From positions 107,538 to 171,537 of the forward strand of contig CAZHNN010000002.1 in the NCBI GenBank assembly GCA_964533965.1: a stretch of 64,000 bases of DNA. The letters run 5' to 3'. Below, piece after piece: positions 37,594 to 46,849 of this stretch. A program made the position numbers and the translations under genes. Positions within the stretch are counted from its first letter, which is position 1. The number at the start of each line of letters is the position of its first letter. Source of the DNA: an uncultured Clostridia bacterium (GTDB taxonomy: Bacteria > Bacillota > Clostridia > Christensenellales > QAND01). A model generated the notes under the pieces. The model saw nothing but the letters and a program-made list of their open reading frames with translations, did not search any database and had not been told where the DNA came from.

Positions 37594-38880
37594 ATGTCAG
37601 CGAAGACGATCAAGTCGGTCTGGGCAAGAGAAGTGTACACCCGCCGCGGTCATCCCGGAGTGGAGGCCATTGTCGTGACGCAGAGCGGTGCACAGGGCCG
37701 TGCAGTTTGCACATCGGGTATCTCCATCGGCACGCACGAGGTCAAGTTCAATCTGGACGGCGGCAAGAAGTGGAACGGTAAGGGCGTCATGGGCGCCGTA
37801 AATAATGTGAAGAACATCATAGCACCGGTACTCATCGGCATGGATGCCACCAAACAGTTCGAAATAGACAACGCGATGCTCGGCATTTGCGAAAACCCCA
37901 AGGGCAATATAGGCGGCAACGCGATCGCTGCGGTTTCCGCTGCTGCCCTCAAAGCGGGCGCAAAGGCGCTGGATATTCCGCTGTACCAGCACATCGGCGG
38001 CGCCAATGCGATGTATCTGCCGGTGCCTGGCGCGCCCGCTATGGCGGGCAACGAGCGCTTCGGCGGCGGCGTGACAACGCCCGGTGCCAAGCCGACGTAT
38101 TCATTCATGTGCTACGGATTTGACCGGTATTCCGACGCTTCCTACGCCTGCTGGGAAATCTACCAGGTGTGGAGCAAGCTGATGATGAAGAACAACTATT
38201 TCCTCTATCCGGGTTCAACTAATTTCTTTGGTATGCCGCCGGGCGCCATCGAGACCGACGAGCAGTTATGGGAGATGATGGCGGATACCATCCGAAAAGC
38301 GGGCTATGAGGGCAAGGCAGGTATCCAGTGTGACTGTGCTTCGGATACCTACTATGACCGTGACGAGAAACTCTACAAGGGACTCTTCACAAAAAAGGAC
38401 AAGAACCGCGACGAGATGCTCGAACTGTACGTCAACGCCGTCAAGAACTATCCGTTTGTCATCCTCGAGGATCCGTTTTATGAGGACGACTACGAAAGCC
38501 ACGCACTGCTCAGGCAGTCTGTTGACATTCAGATCGTCGGTGACGACCTTTTTACCACCAACCCCGAACGTGTCGCATACGGCGTCTCAAAAGGTGCCGC
38601 AAACACTGTTCTGTTGAAGGTCAACCAAGTCGGCACCATCACCGAGTCGCTTGAGATGATCCAGCTGGCTTACAAACACGGCTATGGCGTCATGCCGTGT
38701 GAGAGCCGCGGTGAGGGCGATTCCATCGCGGATTACAGCGTCGGAATCAACGCCGGATCCATCCGCGAGTGCGGCATCGGCGACATCGCCAACCGTTTCC
38801 TCGAAATCGAGATGGAACTTGGTTCCAGTGCCAAGTTCATCGGCGCAAAGGGTCTTAAGGGCAAACGCTTCGAAAAGTAA
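37594..38880 (+). CDS. divergent enolase-family protein B
   Basis: Paralogue of 33307-34596 with the same retained and lost motifs. SD AAAGGAGA. Confidence 0.85.
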   Translation: MSAKTIKSVWAREVYTRRGHPGVEAIVVTQSGAQGRAVCTSGISIGTHEVKFNLDGGKKWNGKGVMGAVNNVKNIIAPVLIGMDATKQFEIDNAMLGICENPKGNIGGNAIAAVSAAALKAGAKALDIPLYQHIGGANAMYLPVPGAPAMAGNERFGGGVTTPGAKPTYSFMCYGFDRYSDASYACWEIYQVWSKLMMKNNYFLYPGSTNFFGMPPGAIETDEQLWEMMADTIRKAGYEGKAGIQCDCASDTYYDRDEKLYKGLFTKKDKNRDEMLELYVNAVKNYPFVILEDPFYEDDYESHALLRQSVDIQIVGDDLFTTNPERVAYGVSKGAANTVLLKVNQVGTITESLEMIQLAYKHGYGVMPCESRGEGDSIADYSVGINAGSIRECGIGDIANRFLEIEMELGSSAKFIGAKGLKGKRFEK

Positions 38881-38930
38881 GAACAAGAAAAAGGCCGCCA
38901 ATTGGCAGCCTACATCGCGTCTATCATCGG

Positions 38931-38969
38931 AAAAGCTCCGCCTATGCTCTTGCACAGGCGGAGCTTTTT
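38931..38969. terminator. bidirectional hairpin terminator between the eno-like operon and the AEC permease gene
   Basis: AAAGCTCCGCC..14-nt loop..GGCGGAGCTTT, flanked by A and T runs. Confidence 0.6.
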
Positions 38970-38993
38970 GAATACGTTTTGCCTTCGGATATG

Positions 38994-39944
38994 TCAGTTT
39001 AGAGTGGATAGAACAAGCGTCCACAAAGGCAGCGTTAGGATCGAAAAAACCGTTGAAACGAGCACGGATTTCGCGCAACTGCTCACATCCGATTTGAAAT
39101 TCAACGCAAAGACGACGGCGCTTGACGCTGTGGGCATCGCGCAATACAGGATGGAAATATTCCGTACAAGCGGATCGATGTTTACCATACGCAACAACAG
39201 CAGCGCAAGAAACGGAGCCACCGCAAGTCTGACAAAAGTTTGAAACAGAATCTTCTTGTCCAAAAAGGCATCCTTGAAACCCTTCTGCGGAAGTGCCAAT
39301 CCCGATATGATCATTCCAAGCGGTGAGGCTGTAGCGGCCAATATCGAAATTGTTTTTGAAACGAAAAATGGTAGCGGGATCCTTAAAAAATAGATGCATA
39401 GGCCGATCGGTACGGACAGGACCGCGGGATTGATCAAGGCCTTTTTAATATTGCTCAGTATATATTGCCTTTTTTGTGCTTTGTCCTTCATTGTACCGAT
39501 GCCTTTGATGAGAAAGCCGCTGAGAATATAGTACGATATTCGAATGGGCACCGTAAAAATGGATATATAGAAAAGGCCTTTTTGTCCGTATAAAGCCTCC
39601 ATCACGGGAAACGCCATATACGTAAAATTCGGATAAATGATGCCAAAGCGCAATACCTGGGCTTTATCGCCTGCACACTTGGTCAGTCGATTCATGAGGG
39701 TTCCGACGAAGAACATGACGACCAATGAAACTGAGGCAATGATGACCAAATCGACGATGTTTATTATATCGTTCGTTGCACTTTCCAATCGCATCGAGTT
39801 TATGATCATCGCCGGAAAGATGAATTTGAAAACCAGTGAAGATAGCGAACTTAAGAAATTAGCATCCACCACTTTAAATCTGTTGGCAAAAAAGCCAATG
39901 CACATGCAAATCAATAAAATCAACGCAAAATTCAGCGCGTTCAT
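38994..39944 (-). CDS. AEC (auxin efflux carrier) family permease
   Basis: About 10 TM helices with the Mem_trans-like pattern. ATG 39944 (MNALNF) follows AAAGGGGA, and the track ORF overshoots by 82 codons. AT-rich. Confidence 0.8.
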   Translation of the reverse strand: MNALNFALILLICMCIGFFANRFKVVDANFLSSLSSLVFKFIFPAMIINSMRLESATNDIINIVDLVIIASVSLVVMFFVGTLMNRLTKCAGDKAQVLRFGIIYPNFTYMAFPVMEALYGQKGLFYISIFTVPIRISYYILSGFLIKGIGTMKDKAQKRQYILSNIKKALINPAVLSVPIGLCIYFLRIPLPFFVSKTISILAATASPLGMIISGLALPQKGFKDAFLDKKILFQTFVRLAVAPFLALLLLRMVNIDPLVRNISILYCAMPTASSAVVFALNFKSDVSSCAKSVLVSTVFSILTLPLWTLVLSTLN

Positions 39945-40031
39945 GTTTTTATCCCCTTTTTCCTGCCATACTTTGAGCATACACATTAGCACTAAATATC
40001 TATCAATTCTTTTCATTAATTGGTTATTTGT

Positions 40032-40059
40032 TTGCAAATATTGAGATATCCCGTACAAT
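40032..40059 (+). promoter_or_regulatory. candidate promoter of the AraC-family gene
   Basis: TTGCAA-N16-TACAAT about 30 nt upstream of the ATG at 40090. Confidence 0.4.
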
Positions 40060-40089
40060 ATTAGAGGAGATCTCTGAAAGGAGAAGACA

Positions 40090-40938
40090 ATGGATAGCTT
40101 ACAATCTGCCAAACCACGCAATAGGAATATATTTTTTAGGTATAGCTCGGATATGAACTGGAAGATGGATAAATACCATTTCCACGACATGTACGAAGTT
40201 TATTATTCATTAACCAACAATGTTGATATTTTTGTGAACGATGTCATCTATCAGGTGTCAAAAGGTACGATTTTGGTTTTCAATACTGCGGATATCCATA
40301 GGACCATACCTTTGGATAAAACTCCATACAATCGATTTATCATTCATTTTAACCCCGAATATATGAAAGATCTTTGCACTGCCCAGACCGATCTTTTGGA
40401 TTGCTTTATCAATCGCGGACCGCAATTTAACCACAGCCTCCATCTTGATTCTGAACAGATGGAGCAATTCGCAGCCTTGGTCGATAAAGCCAAGCGCTAT
40501 CAAAGCAATGCGTTGTATGGCCAAGATATTTATCTTAAGCTCACGCTTGCCGAAATACTCCTTTTTATCAATCCGCTATATCAGGATAGCATCCGGTGTT
40601 TTTCGCAAAAAAGCAAAAGGGAATTCGAAAGAATATATCCGATTCTTCAGCATATTCAGACAAACATTTCAGACAACCTCTCTCTGGACAGTTTGTCCGA
40701 AAGATATTTCATCAATAAATTTTACCTGATAAACCTTTTTAAAAAAGCCACCGGATTCACTATTACCGAATATATCATTCAGACAAGGATCATGAAGGCA
40801 TGCGAACTATTGAAAAGAGGGCTGTCTGTACAGCAGGTTGGCGAGCTGGTTGGGTTTAACGACAACTCGCATTTTATCCGCACTTTTAAAAAGCATGTCG
40901 GCTTGCCGCCCAAACGGTACGCACAGCAATTCATATAG
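40090..40938 (+). CDS. AraC family transcriptional regulator (cupin sensor plus HTH)
   Basis: N-terminal AraC-binding cupin pattern (YHFHDMYEVYY) and C-terminal double HTH (..FNDNSHFIRTFKKHVGLPP). SD AAAGGAGAAG. Confidence 0.85.
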   Translation: MDSLQSAKPRNRNIFFRYSSDMNWKMDKYHFHDMYEVYYSLTNNVDIFVNDVIYQVSKGTILVFNTADIHRTIPLDKTPYNRFIIHFNPEYMKDLCTAQTDLLDCFINRGPQFNHSLHLDSEQMEQFAALVDKAKRYQSNALYGQDIYLKLTLAEILLFINPLYQDSIRCFSQKSKREFERIYPILQHIQTNISDNLSLDSLSERYFINKFYLINLFKKATGFTITEYIIQTRIMKACELLKRGLSVQQVGELVGFNDNSHFIRTFKKHVGLPPKRYAQQFI

Positions 40939-41113
40939 ATAGTCTCAAACACGAAAGTGATGGGCAAGTCAGGTCAAAGCGCTGCTTTGTGGCGTCTTGG
41001 GTAAACGGGAGCTGAGAAAAACTTTTATTAAACCGTTTAATATGATATAATAGAATACAATTGAGGAGTATTCCGTTATCACATGCAGGATTTTGCAGTT
41101 GGGAGGTATTGAG

Positions 41114-41299
41114 ATGAAAATTCCGACAGAGATAAAAGGCCGTAAGTGTTACGATCATCTGGGCGGTAAACTGGGGTCAGCCCTATTTGATTTTTACCTC
41201 CAAAACGGATGGATTACCTTGGAAGAAGGCAAGTCGACGGTCTATGCACTCACCGAGAAAGGCAAAGCAGAATTCGAGAAGATGGGTGTAAAGTTCTAA
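41114..41299 (+). CDS. small winged-helix protein (ArsR-family C-terminal-like)
   Basis: CYDHLGGKLGSALFD..GWI.....Y.LTEKGK pattern. ATG 41114 follows GGGAGG. Confidence 0.5.
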   Translation: MKIPTEIKGRKCYDHLGGKLGSALFDFYLQNGWITLEEGKSTVYALTEKGKAEFEKMGVKF

Positions 41300-41383
41300 C
41301 AATTGAGAAAGCAAAGGAAAAACGTCACCAAATGGGTACTTTCGTCTTTTTTACTGTATAAACAGAGCTCATGGGCATTATTC

Positions 41384-41410
41384 AAAAGGGACCGCAAGTG
41401 CGGTCCCTTT
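41384..41410. terminator. bidirectional rho-independent terminator
   Basis: AAAA-GGGACCGC-AAGT-GCGGTCCC-TTT between convergent genes. Confidence 0.8.
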
Positions 41411-41417
41411 CTACAAC

Positions 41418-42932
41418 CTATTTCCTATAGCTCCCAATCGATCCGCTATCCTTCAAAACGACGTCATGTGCGCCGCCCTCGACGATGCTGGTGGCGGAGA
41501 CGAGCGTCAACCTTGCCTTTTGCTGCAGCTCGGGAACGGTTACAGCCCCGCAGTTGCACATCGTAGAGCGCACTTTGCCCAGCGTAAGCCCAACGTTGTC
41601 CTTGAGGCTTCCGGCATAGGGCACATAGGAATCCACGCCTTCTTCAAACGAAAGACCCTGTGACCCGCCCAGGTCATATCGCTGCCAGTTGCGTGCGCGG
41701 TTACTGCCTTCGCCCCAGTATTCCTTCATATAGCTGCCGTTGATGACCACCCTATTTGTCGGGCTCTCGTCAAAACGGGCAAAATAGCGGCCCAGCATCA
41801 GGAAATCCGCACCCATCGCCAGCGCCAGCGTCACATGGTGGTCGTGCACGATGCCGCCGTCGGAGCAAACCGGGATATAGACACCCGTCTGTTCGTAGTA
41901 GAGATTTCTTGCCTGGCATACGTCGATCAACGCCGTGGCTTGTCCACGCCCGATGCCCTTCTGCTCGCGCGTGATGCAGATGGACCCTCCACCGATGCCG
42001 ACTTTCACAAAATCCGCGCCGGCGTTTGCCAAAAATCGGAATCCCTCGCCGTCCACCACGTTTCCAGCGCCGCATTTTACGCTATCGCCGTACTTCTCGC
42101 GGATGAATGCAAGCGTTTGTTGCTGCCATTCGGAAAACCCTTCGGAGGAATCTATGCAGAGCACATCCGCTCCCGCTTCGACCAGCGCGGGCACACGGTC
42201 TTTGTAATCGCGCGTGTTGATGCCTGCGCCAACGACATACCGTTTCTGCTCGTCCAGAAGTTCAAGCGGGTTGCTCTTATGCGATTCATAGTCCTTGCGA
42301 AACACGAGATATAAGAGGTTGCCATCGTCGTCCACGATGGGCAGCGTGTTTAGCTTGTGATCCCAGATGATGTCGTTTGCCCGGCTCAGCGTGGTGTTCT
42401 TGGGCGCATAGATTAAATCCTTGAGCGGCGTCATGAATTCCGAGACCTTCGTGTCCAATGACATGCGGCTAACACGGTAATCGCGGCTTGTAACGATGCC
42501 CAGCAGCTTGCCGTTTGTACTGGCGTCGGATGTCACTGGCACCGTGCTGTGCCCGGTCTTATCCTTGAGCTTGAGGACGTCCTGCAACGTCATATCCGGG
42601 CTCACGTTGGAATCCGACACCACGAACCCCGCCTTGTACGCCTTGGCACGGGCCACCATCGCAGCCTGGCTCTGAATGCTCTGCGAACAATAGATGAACG
42701 CGATGCCGCCCTCCTTAGCAAGCGACACCGCCATCTTTTCGTCCGAAACGGACTGCATGATGGCGGAGGTGAGAGGTATATTCATATGAAGCGCCGCTTC
42801 TTCGCCTTTTTTATATTTCACGACAGACGTGCGCAAACTTACGTTGGACGGTATGCATTTCGCCGAGGAGTACCCCGGGATCAACAGGTATTCGTTGAAG
42901 GTTCTCGAAGGTTCATCAAAATAGTACGCCAT
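41418..42932 (-). CDS. guaB: IMP dehydrogenase family protein with CBS pair
   Basis: IMPDH barrel with catalytic loop [20 protein letters not shown] and an inserted CBS domain pair. Confidence 0.75.
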   Translation of the reverse strand: MAYYFDEPSRTFNEYLLIPGYSSAKCIPSNVSLRTSVVKYKKGEEAALHMNIPLTSAIMQSVSDEKMAVSLAKEGGIAFIYCSQSIQSQAAMVARAKAYKAGFVVSDSNVSPDMTLQDVLKLKDKTGHSTVPVTSDASTNGKLLGIVTSRDYRVSRMSLDTKVSEFMTPLKDLIYAPKNTTLSRANDIIWDHKLNTLPIVDDDGNLLYLVFRKDYESHKSNPLELLDEQKRYVVGAGINTRDYKDRVPALVEAGADVLCIDSSEGFSEWQQQTLAFIREKYGDSVKCGAGNVVDGEGFRFLANAGADFVKVGIGGGSICITREQKGIGRGQATALIDVCQARNLYYEQTGVYIPVCSDGGIVHDHHVTLALAMGADFLMLGRYFARFDESPTNRVVINGSYMKEYWGEGSNRARNWQRYDLGGSQGLSFEEGVDSYVPYAGSLKDNVGLTLGKVRSTMCNCGAVTVPELQQKARLTLVSATSIVEGGAHDVVLKDSGSIGSYRK

Positions 42933-43031
42933 CGTCTTCTCTCCTTTGTCCCTCGGTTATCTAAACAGGCCTTTTGAACGATCCCTTTGTATTCTGACCA
43001 TTGTAGCGGCGTAAAACCAAAAGCACAAGGG

Positions 43032-43068
43032 AACAAATGTTCCTTTGTGCTTTTTATTTTATATATCT
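43032..43068. terminator. 13-bp hairpin terminator after glmM
   Basis: AGCACAAGGGAAC-AAAT-GTTCCTTTGTGCT, flanked by AAAA and TTTTT. Confidence 0.75.
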
Positions 43069-43099
43069 CTTTTGCTATTGCAACTGGCTTTTCTCTTCG

Positions 43100-44428
43100 C
43101 TACGCTCCGATAAACTGCTCCATCAGCCGGCGCAGTTCATCCGCTTCCTGTTCCATCTTTTCAAGATCGGGGCCTTCGATCATGATGCGGATCAGGTGTT
43201 CCGTGCCGCTGGGTCTAATCAACACCCTTCCGCAATCGGCGTACGCTTCCTGCAACGCATTTACCGCATCTGCAATTTCGACGTATTTCTGCTTGCAATC
43301 CGCTTTTACCTTTGCGCCGGTGAGCACCTGCGGCAGTATGCGGATGTTTTTACGAAGTTCCGAGAGCGGCATGCGCGCCTTCTGCAGTACACCAAGAAAT
43401 GCGATGGCGGTCTGCATACCGTCACCCGTGGTGGATCTGTCCGGCAGAAGCACATGGCCACTCTGCTCGCCACCCAAATTGTAGTCGCCTTCTTGCATTG
43501 CCTCGTGGACATACCTGTCGCCTACGGCTGTCTTGACCAGATGAATGCTGTGCGGGCGCAAGGACAGTTCCAAGCCCATGTTGCTCATCTGCGTGACGAC
43601 GACGCAGTCCTTTTTAAGTTTTCCTTCCTCTTTCATCGACAAGGCCAAAAGCCCTATGATGACGTCACCGTCGACCAGCTCTCCCTTTTCATCGCAGGCG
43701 ATGAGCCTGTCGGCGTCGCCGTCAAAGGCAAGGCCTATGTCCGCGCCCAATTCCACAACGGCCTTCTGCAGGCTCTTGGGATGGGTGGATCCGCAATGCT
43801 CGTTGATATTCAGCCCGTTTGGTTCACAATGCATTTCATGGACGGTTACGCCCAGTCTGTTGAACAATGCGGGAGCGATGTGAGAGCTTGCGCCATTGGC
43901 GCAGTCCAACACGACGGTCATGCCGATGAGCGGACGTTCCACCTGGCTGAACAGAAAATCCATGTACATGCTCTCCGCACCGTCGATGCGAAGATGCCTG
44001 CCGACGTTGGGGTTTCTCTTCTGCCCCTCGTTGACCAACAGTGCCTCAATCTCATCTTCCAGTGCGTCCGGAAGCTTTTCTCCGTTTGAATCGAAGAACT
44101 TGATGCCATTGTACACAACGGGATTGTGCGAAGCGGAGATGACCACACCCGCGTCATATTGAAGCTGCCGCACAAGATAGGCAATGCCCGGTGTCGGCAA
44201 CACGCCCACGGATACGGCATTGGCTCCGGCGGAAAGGATGCCCGCGATCAAAGCGCTCTCCAGCATATCGCCTGAAATGCGCGTATCCATTCCGATCAAA
44301 ATCCGTGGCTGAGCGCTGTTGCGGCAGATCACAAGGGCAGAGGCCCTGCCCAAGGCAAATGCCAATTCTCCAGTCAATTCCACGTTCGCGATACCGCGTA
44401 CGCCATCGGTTCCAAACAATGAACCCAT
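43100..44428 (-). CDS. glmM: phosphoglucosamine mutase
   Basis: MGSLFGTDGVRG.., active-site SASHNP, full length. SD GGAGGGG. Confidence 0.95.
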   Translation of the reverse strand: MGSLFGTDGVRGIANVELTGELAFALGRASALVICRNSAQPRILIGMDTRISGDMLESALIAGILSAGANAVSVGVLPTPGIAYLVRQLQYDAGVVISASHNPVVYNGIKFFDSNGEKLPDALEDEIEALLVNEGQKRNPNVGRHLRIDGAESMYMDFLFSQVERPLIGMTVVLDCANGASSHIAPALFNRLGVTVHEMHCEPNGLNINEHCGSTHPKSLQKAVVELGADIGLAFDGDADRLIACDEKGELVDGDVIIGLLALSMKEEGKLKKDCVVVTQMSNMGLELSLRPHSIHLVKTAVGDRYVHEAMQEGDYNLGGEQSGHVLLPDRSTTGDGMQTAIAFLGVLQKARMPLSELRKNIRILPQVLTGAKVKADCKQKYVEIADAVNALQEAYADCGRVLIRPSGTEHLIRIMIEGPDLEKMEQEADELRRLMEQFIGA

Positions 44429-44442
44429 CGGTTACCCCTCCA

Positions 44443-45360
44443 TTATTTAGGCTGTGCAATGCTTTCCTTTAATTCGGATGCGGCAATCGCACCGTCCGCA
44501 CAGGCGGTTATGATTTGCCGGAGCCGCTTGCTGCGGATGTCTCCCGCCGCATAGACCCCGTTTAGGTTCGTCTGCATCGTTTCCGGATCGGTGAGGATAT
44601 ATCCGTTATCATCCAGGTTGACTTGGCCATAGACGATCTCGCTCTGCGGCATAAAGCCGATGGCGAGAAACACTGCGTCACACGGTATCGTCATCTGCGC
44701 CTTATCCGCAGTGCTCTGCAACAAAACGCCTTCCACACGTTCCTGCCCCAGAATGCGGACCACGACGTTCTCCATTGCAAGCTCTATGTTCGGGATGCCA
44801 TACAGCCTATCGACCACCGTTTGCGCGGCGCGGAACTGATTTCTCCTGTGAATGATCGTCACCTTTTTGCAGATCTGGCTTAAATACAACGCTTCGGTCA
44901 CGGCGGCGTCGCCGCCACCTACAACGACAACCTCCCGGTTCCGGAAGAAAAATCCGTCGCATGTCGCGCAGTAGCTAACACCCATACCCTTGAGTTCCTC
45001 TTCGCCGGGTACATTGAGCTTTTGCGGCTGCCCACCCATGCATAATATGACGCCTTTGCATTCGATGGTTCGTGAATCTGTTCGAACCGTCTTTACATCG
45101 GCTTTAAGGTTCAGTTCCAAAACCTGCTCAGTTATGATTTCAACGCCATGGCTTTTCGTCTGCTTGAGCATGCGCTCCATCAGCTCAAATCCGCCGATCC
45201 CGTCGTCAAACCCAGGATAGTTCTCCACAAGGTGCGCTGTCGCCGCATTGCCGCCCGGCACCTTGTCCTCCACTACGATGACAGAAAGGCCCGACCGCGC
45301 GGCATAGACTGCCGCCGTCAATCCGGCAGGTCCCGCCCCCAAAACAACAACGTCTACCAT
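44443..45360 (-). CDS. trxB: thioredoxin-disulfide reductase
   Basis: GAGPAG FAD motif and CATCDG redox centre. ATG 45360 follows GGGGGGAAA. Confidence 0.93.
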   Translation of the reverse strand: MVDVVVLGAGPAGLTAAVYAARSGLSVIVVEDKVPGGNAATAHLVENYPGFDDGIGGFELMERMLKQTKSHGVEIITEQVLELNLKADVKTVRTDSRTIECKGVILCMGGQPQKLNVPGEEELKGMGVSYCATCDGFFFRNREVVVVGGGDAAVTEALYLSQICKKVTIIHRRNQFRAAQTVVDRLYGIPNIELAMENVVVRILGQERVEGVLLQSTADKAQMTIPCDAVFLAIGFMPQSEIVYGQVNLDDNGYILTDPETMQTNLNGVYAAGDIRSKRLRQIITACADGAIAASELKESIAQPK

Positions 45361-45654
45361 TTCGTTTCCCCCCTGCACAAACCAACTTACAACAATGGTA
45401 TTATAAGCCTTATCGTTAACGAATTTATACCAAGTTTAATCCTTTTCGGCATTTTTCACGACACAAACAGCAAAATGTGGCAATAGAATGCAATTGGTTT
45501 TACTCGCTGTGATAATGGCCTGTGATAGATTCACATGCCATATTATCGTATAATCATGGCATCAGCACGTCAACCCTGTTTCATTCTTTGAAGCAGTATG
45601 TTTTTCCTCTTGACAAACCGCACACGGTTTTCAAGCTATTTATTTCTGTTTCCG

Positions 45655-45687
45655 GTAAAAAAGGACCGCTGAATTCCAGCGGTCCTT
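45655..45687 (-). terminator. rho-independent terminator after rpsI
   Basis: Minus strand AAGGACCGCTG-GAATT-CAGCGGTCCTT followed by TTTTTT. Confidence 0.85.
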
Positions 45688-45704
45688 CAATTTCCCTGCA
45701 ACGG

Positions 45705-46100
45705 TTAGCGTTTGCTGAACTGCGGTGCTCTACGGGCTGCTTTCAAGCCGTACTTCTTGCGTTCCTTCATGCGCGGATCGCGGGTCAAGTAGCCCGCTTT
45801 CTTCAGCATAGTGCGGAACGTTTCGTCTGCCTGCAACAGCGCGCGGGCTATGCCATGGCGGATGGCGCCGGCCTGGCCGGTCGTACCGCCGCCCTGAACG
45901 TTGACGAACACGTCATATTTGCCGTCCAGTTCCAACAGCGCCAACGGCGCCTTGGCTTCCATGATTAGCGTTTCAAGGCCGAAATACTCATCCAACGGGC
46001 GCTTGTTGATGATAAACGCACCGTTGCCTGCAATCAAACGTACGCGGGCCACGCTCTTCTTGCGCCGGCCAACTCCGAGATATTGCGCTTTTGCTGCCAT
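45705..46100 (-). CDS. rpsI: 30S ribosomal protein S9
   Basis: Canonical S9 sequence ending ..[12 protein letters not shown]. Confidence 0.97.
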   Translation of the reverse strand: MAAKAQYLGVGRRKKSVARVRLIAGNGAFIINKRPLDEYFGLETLIMEAKAPLALLELDGKYDVFVNVQGGGTTGQAGAIRHGIARALLQADETFRTMLKKAGYLTRDPRMKERKKYGLKAARRAPQFSKR

Positions 46101-46115
46101 CGTTGTGCGTCCTCC

Positions 46116-46541
46116 TTACATTTCAAGCGGTTCGGGCATCTGTGCGCTGTGCTGATGCTCCGGTCCCGTGTAGACCTTGAGTTTTCTGAACATTTCGCGG
46201 CCGATCGCGTTCTTGGGCAGCATGCCCTTGACGGCGAGTTCAAACGCGAATGCGGGCTTTTTCTGCATGAGCTCACGGTAGGAAGTTTCCTTTAAACCGC
46301 CCGGATAGCCGGTGTGGTGACGGTAGGTCTTATTGTCCAGTTTATGGCCGGTAAAGACCACTTTGTCTATGTTAACCACGATCACATGATCGCCCAAACA
46401 AACATGTGGCGTAAAATCAGGCCTATGCTTTCCACGAAGGATATAGGCAACACGGCTTGCCAGACGCCCGAAGGTCTGCCCTTGTGCGTCCAAGACATAC
46501 CATTTGCCGGAAGCATTGCCGCTTGGCATATAGGTTTTCAT
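46116..46541 (-). CDS. rplM: 50S ribosomal protein L13
   Basis: Canonical L13 sequence ([16 protein letters not shown]..). Confidence 0.97.
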   Translation of the reverse strand: MKTYMPSGNASGKWYVLDAQGQTFGRLASRVAYILRGKHRPDFTPHVCLGDHVIVVNIDKVVFTGHKLDNKTYRHHTGYPGGLKETSYRELMQKKPAFAFELAVKGMLPKNAIGREMFRKLKVYTGPEHQHSAQMPEPLEM

Positions 46542-46646
46542 CGGATGTGTCCTCCCAAAATTGCAAAAAGCAGGTGAGCAGTCCGTTTTTGCATCGAAAA
46601 TCGCTTTTGGTTCCCGTTTTGCTCCGGGGCAGGGACAAAATGGGAC
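46542..46646 (-). promoter_or_regulatory. about 105-nt 5' UTR of rplM-rpsI (possible L13 leader)
   Basis: Lies between the predicted promoter and the rplM start. The length fits Firmicute L13 leaders. No covariance model was run. Confidence 0.3.
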
Positions 46647-46652
46647 TTATAT

Positions 46653-46681
46653 ATTTTATCTAATAGCCCCAAACCTGTCAA
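46653..46681 (-). promoter_or_regulatory. sigma-A-type promoter of rplM-rpsI
   Basis: Minus strand TTGACA-N17-TAAAAT, a near-consensus match. Confidence 0.6.
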
Positions 46682-46832
46682 TAAGTATTTACTATCTAAA
46701 GAACTTTTACCATCTGGCAGGTTTTTACCTATCAAGATGCTTTTACTGTCTGACAGGTTTTAACCTGTCAACAGGTTTTTACCTATCAGGCAGATTTATA
46801 CCATCTGACAGGTTTTGACCTGTCAAGCGGGA
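46669..46832. repeat. array of about nine contiguous degenerate 17-19-bp repeats (plus-strand consensus roughly TTTTACCTGTCARNCAGG)
   Basis: Units lie at 46705-21, 46722-40, 46741-57, 46758-75, 46776-94, 46795-812 and 46813-32, plus two degenerate units at 46669-46704. Two perfect hairpins TGACAGGT-N4-ACCTGTCA lie at 46751-70 and 46806-25. Confidence 0.85.
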
Positions 46833-46849
46833 TTTTCTTTTCTTTCTCT

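Noticed and set aside
38587-39399. 270-aa minus-strand ORF bridging the end of enolase-like B and the AEC permease
   Set aside because: It runs antisense to enolase-like B, through the terminator, and out of frame into the permease gene. It has no SD. The AEC reading frame with a start at 39944 explains the region.
42933-43031. Purine riboswitch in the guaB-like leader
   Set aside because: The 85-nt leader shows none of the conserved purine-riboswitch loop or junction motifs that I can recognise by eye, and it is too short for aptamer plus expression platform.
43037-44089. 350-aa plus-strand ORF
   Set aside because: It is antisense to glmM, whose minus-strand product is unambiguous (SASHNP active site). 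It is a shadow ORF.
46669-46832. Could the tandem repeats be a CRISPR array or a coding repeat?
   Set aside because: The units are only 17-19 bp, directly abutting with no spacers, and degenerate. No cas genes are present. No open frame with an SD spans them. They are kept as a non-CRISPR repeat finding instead.
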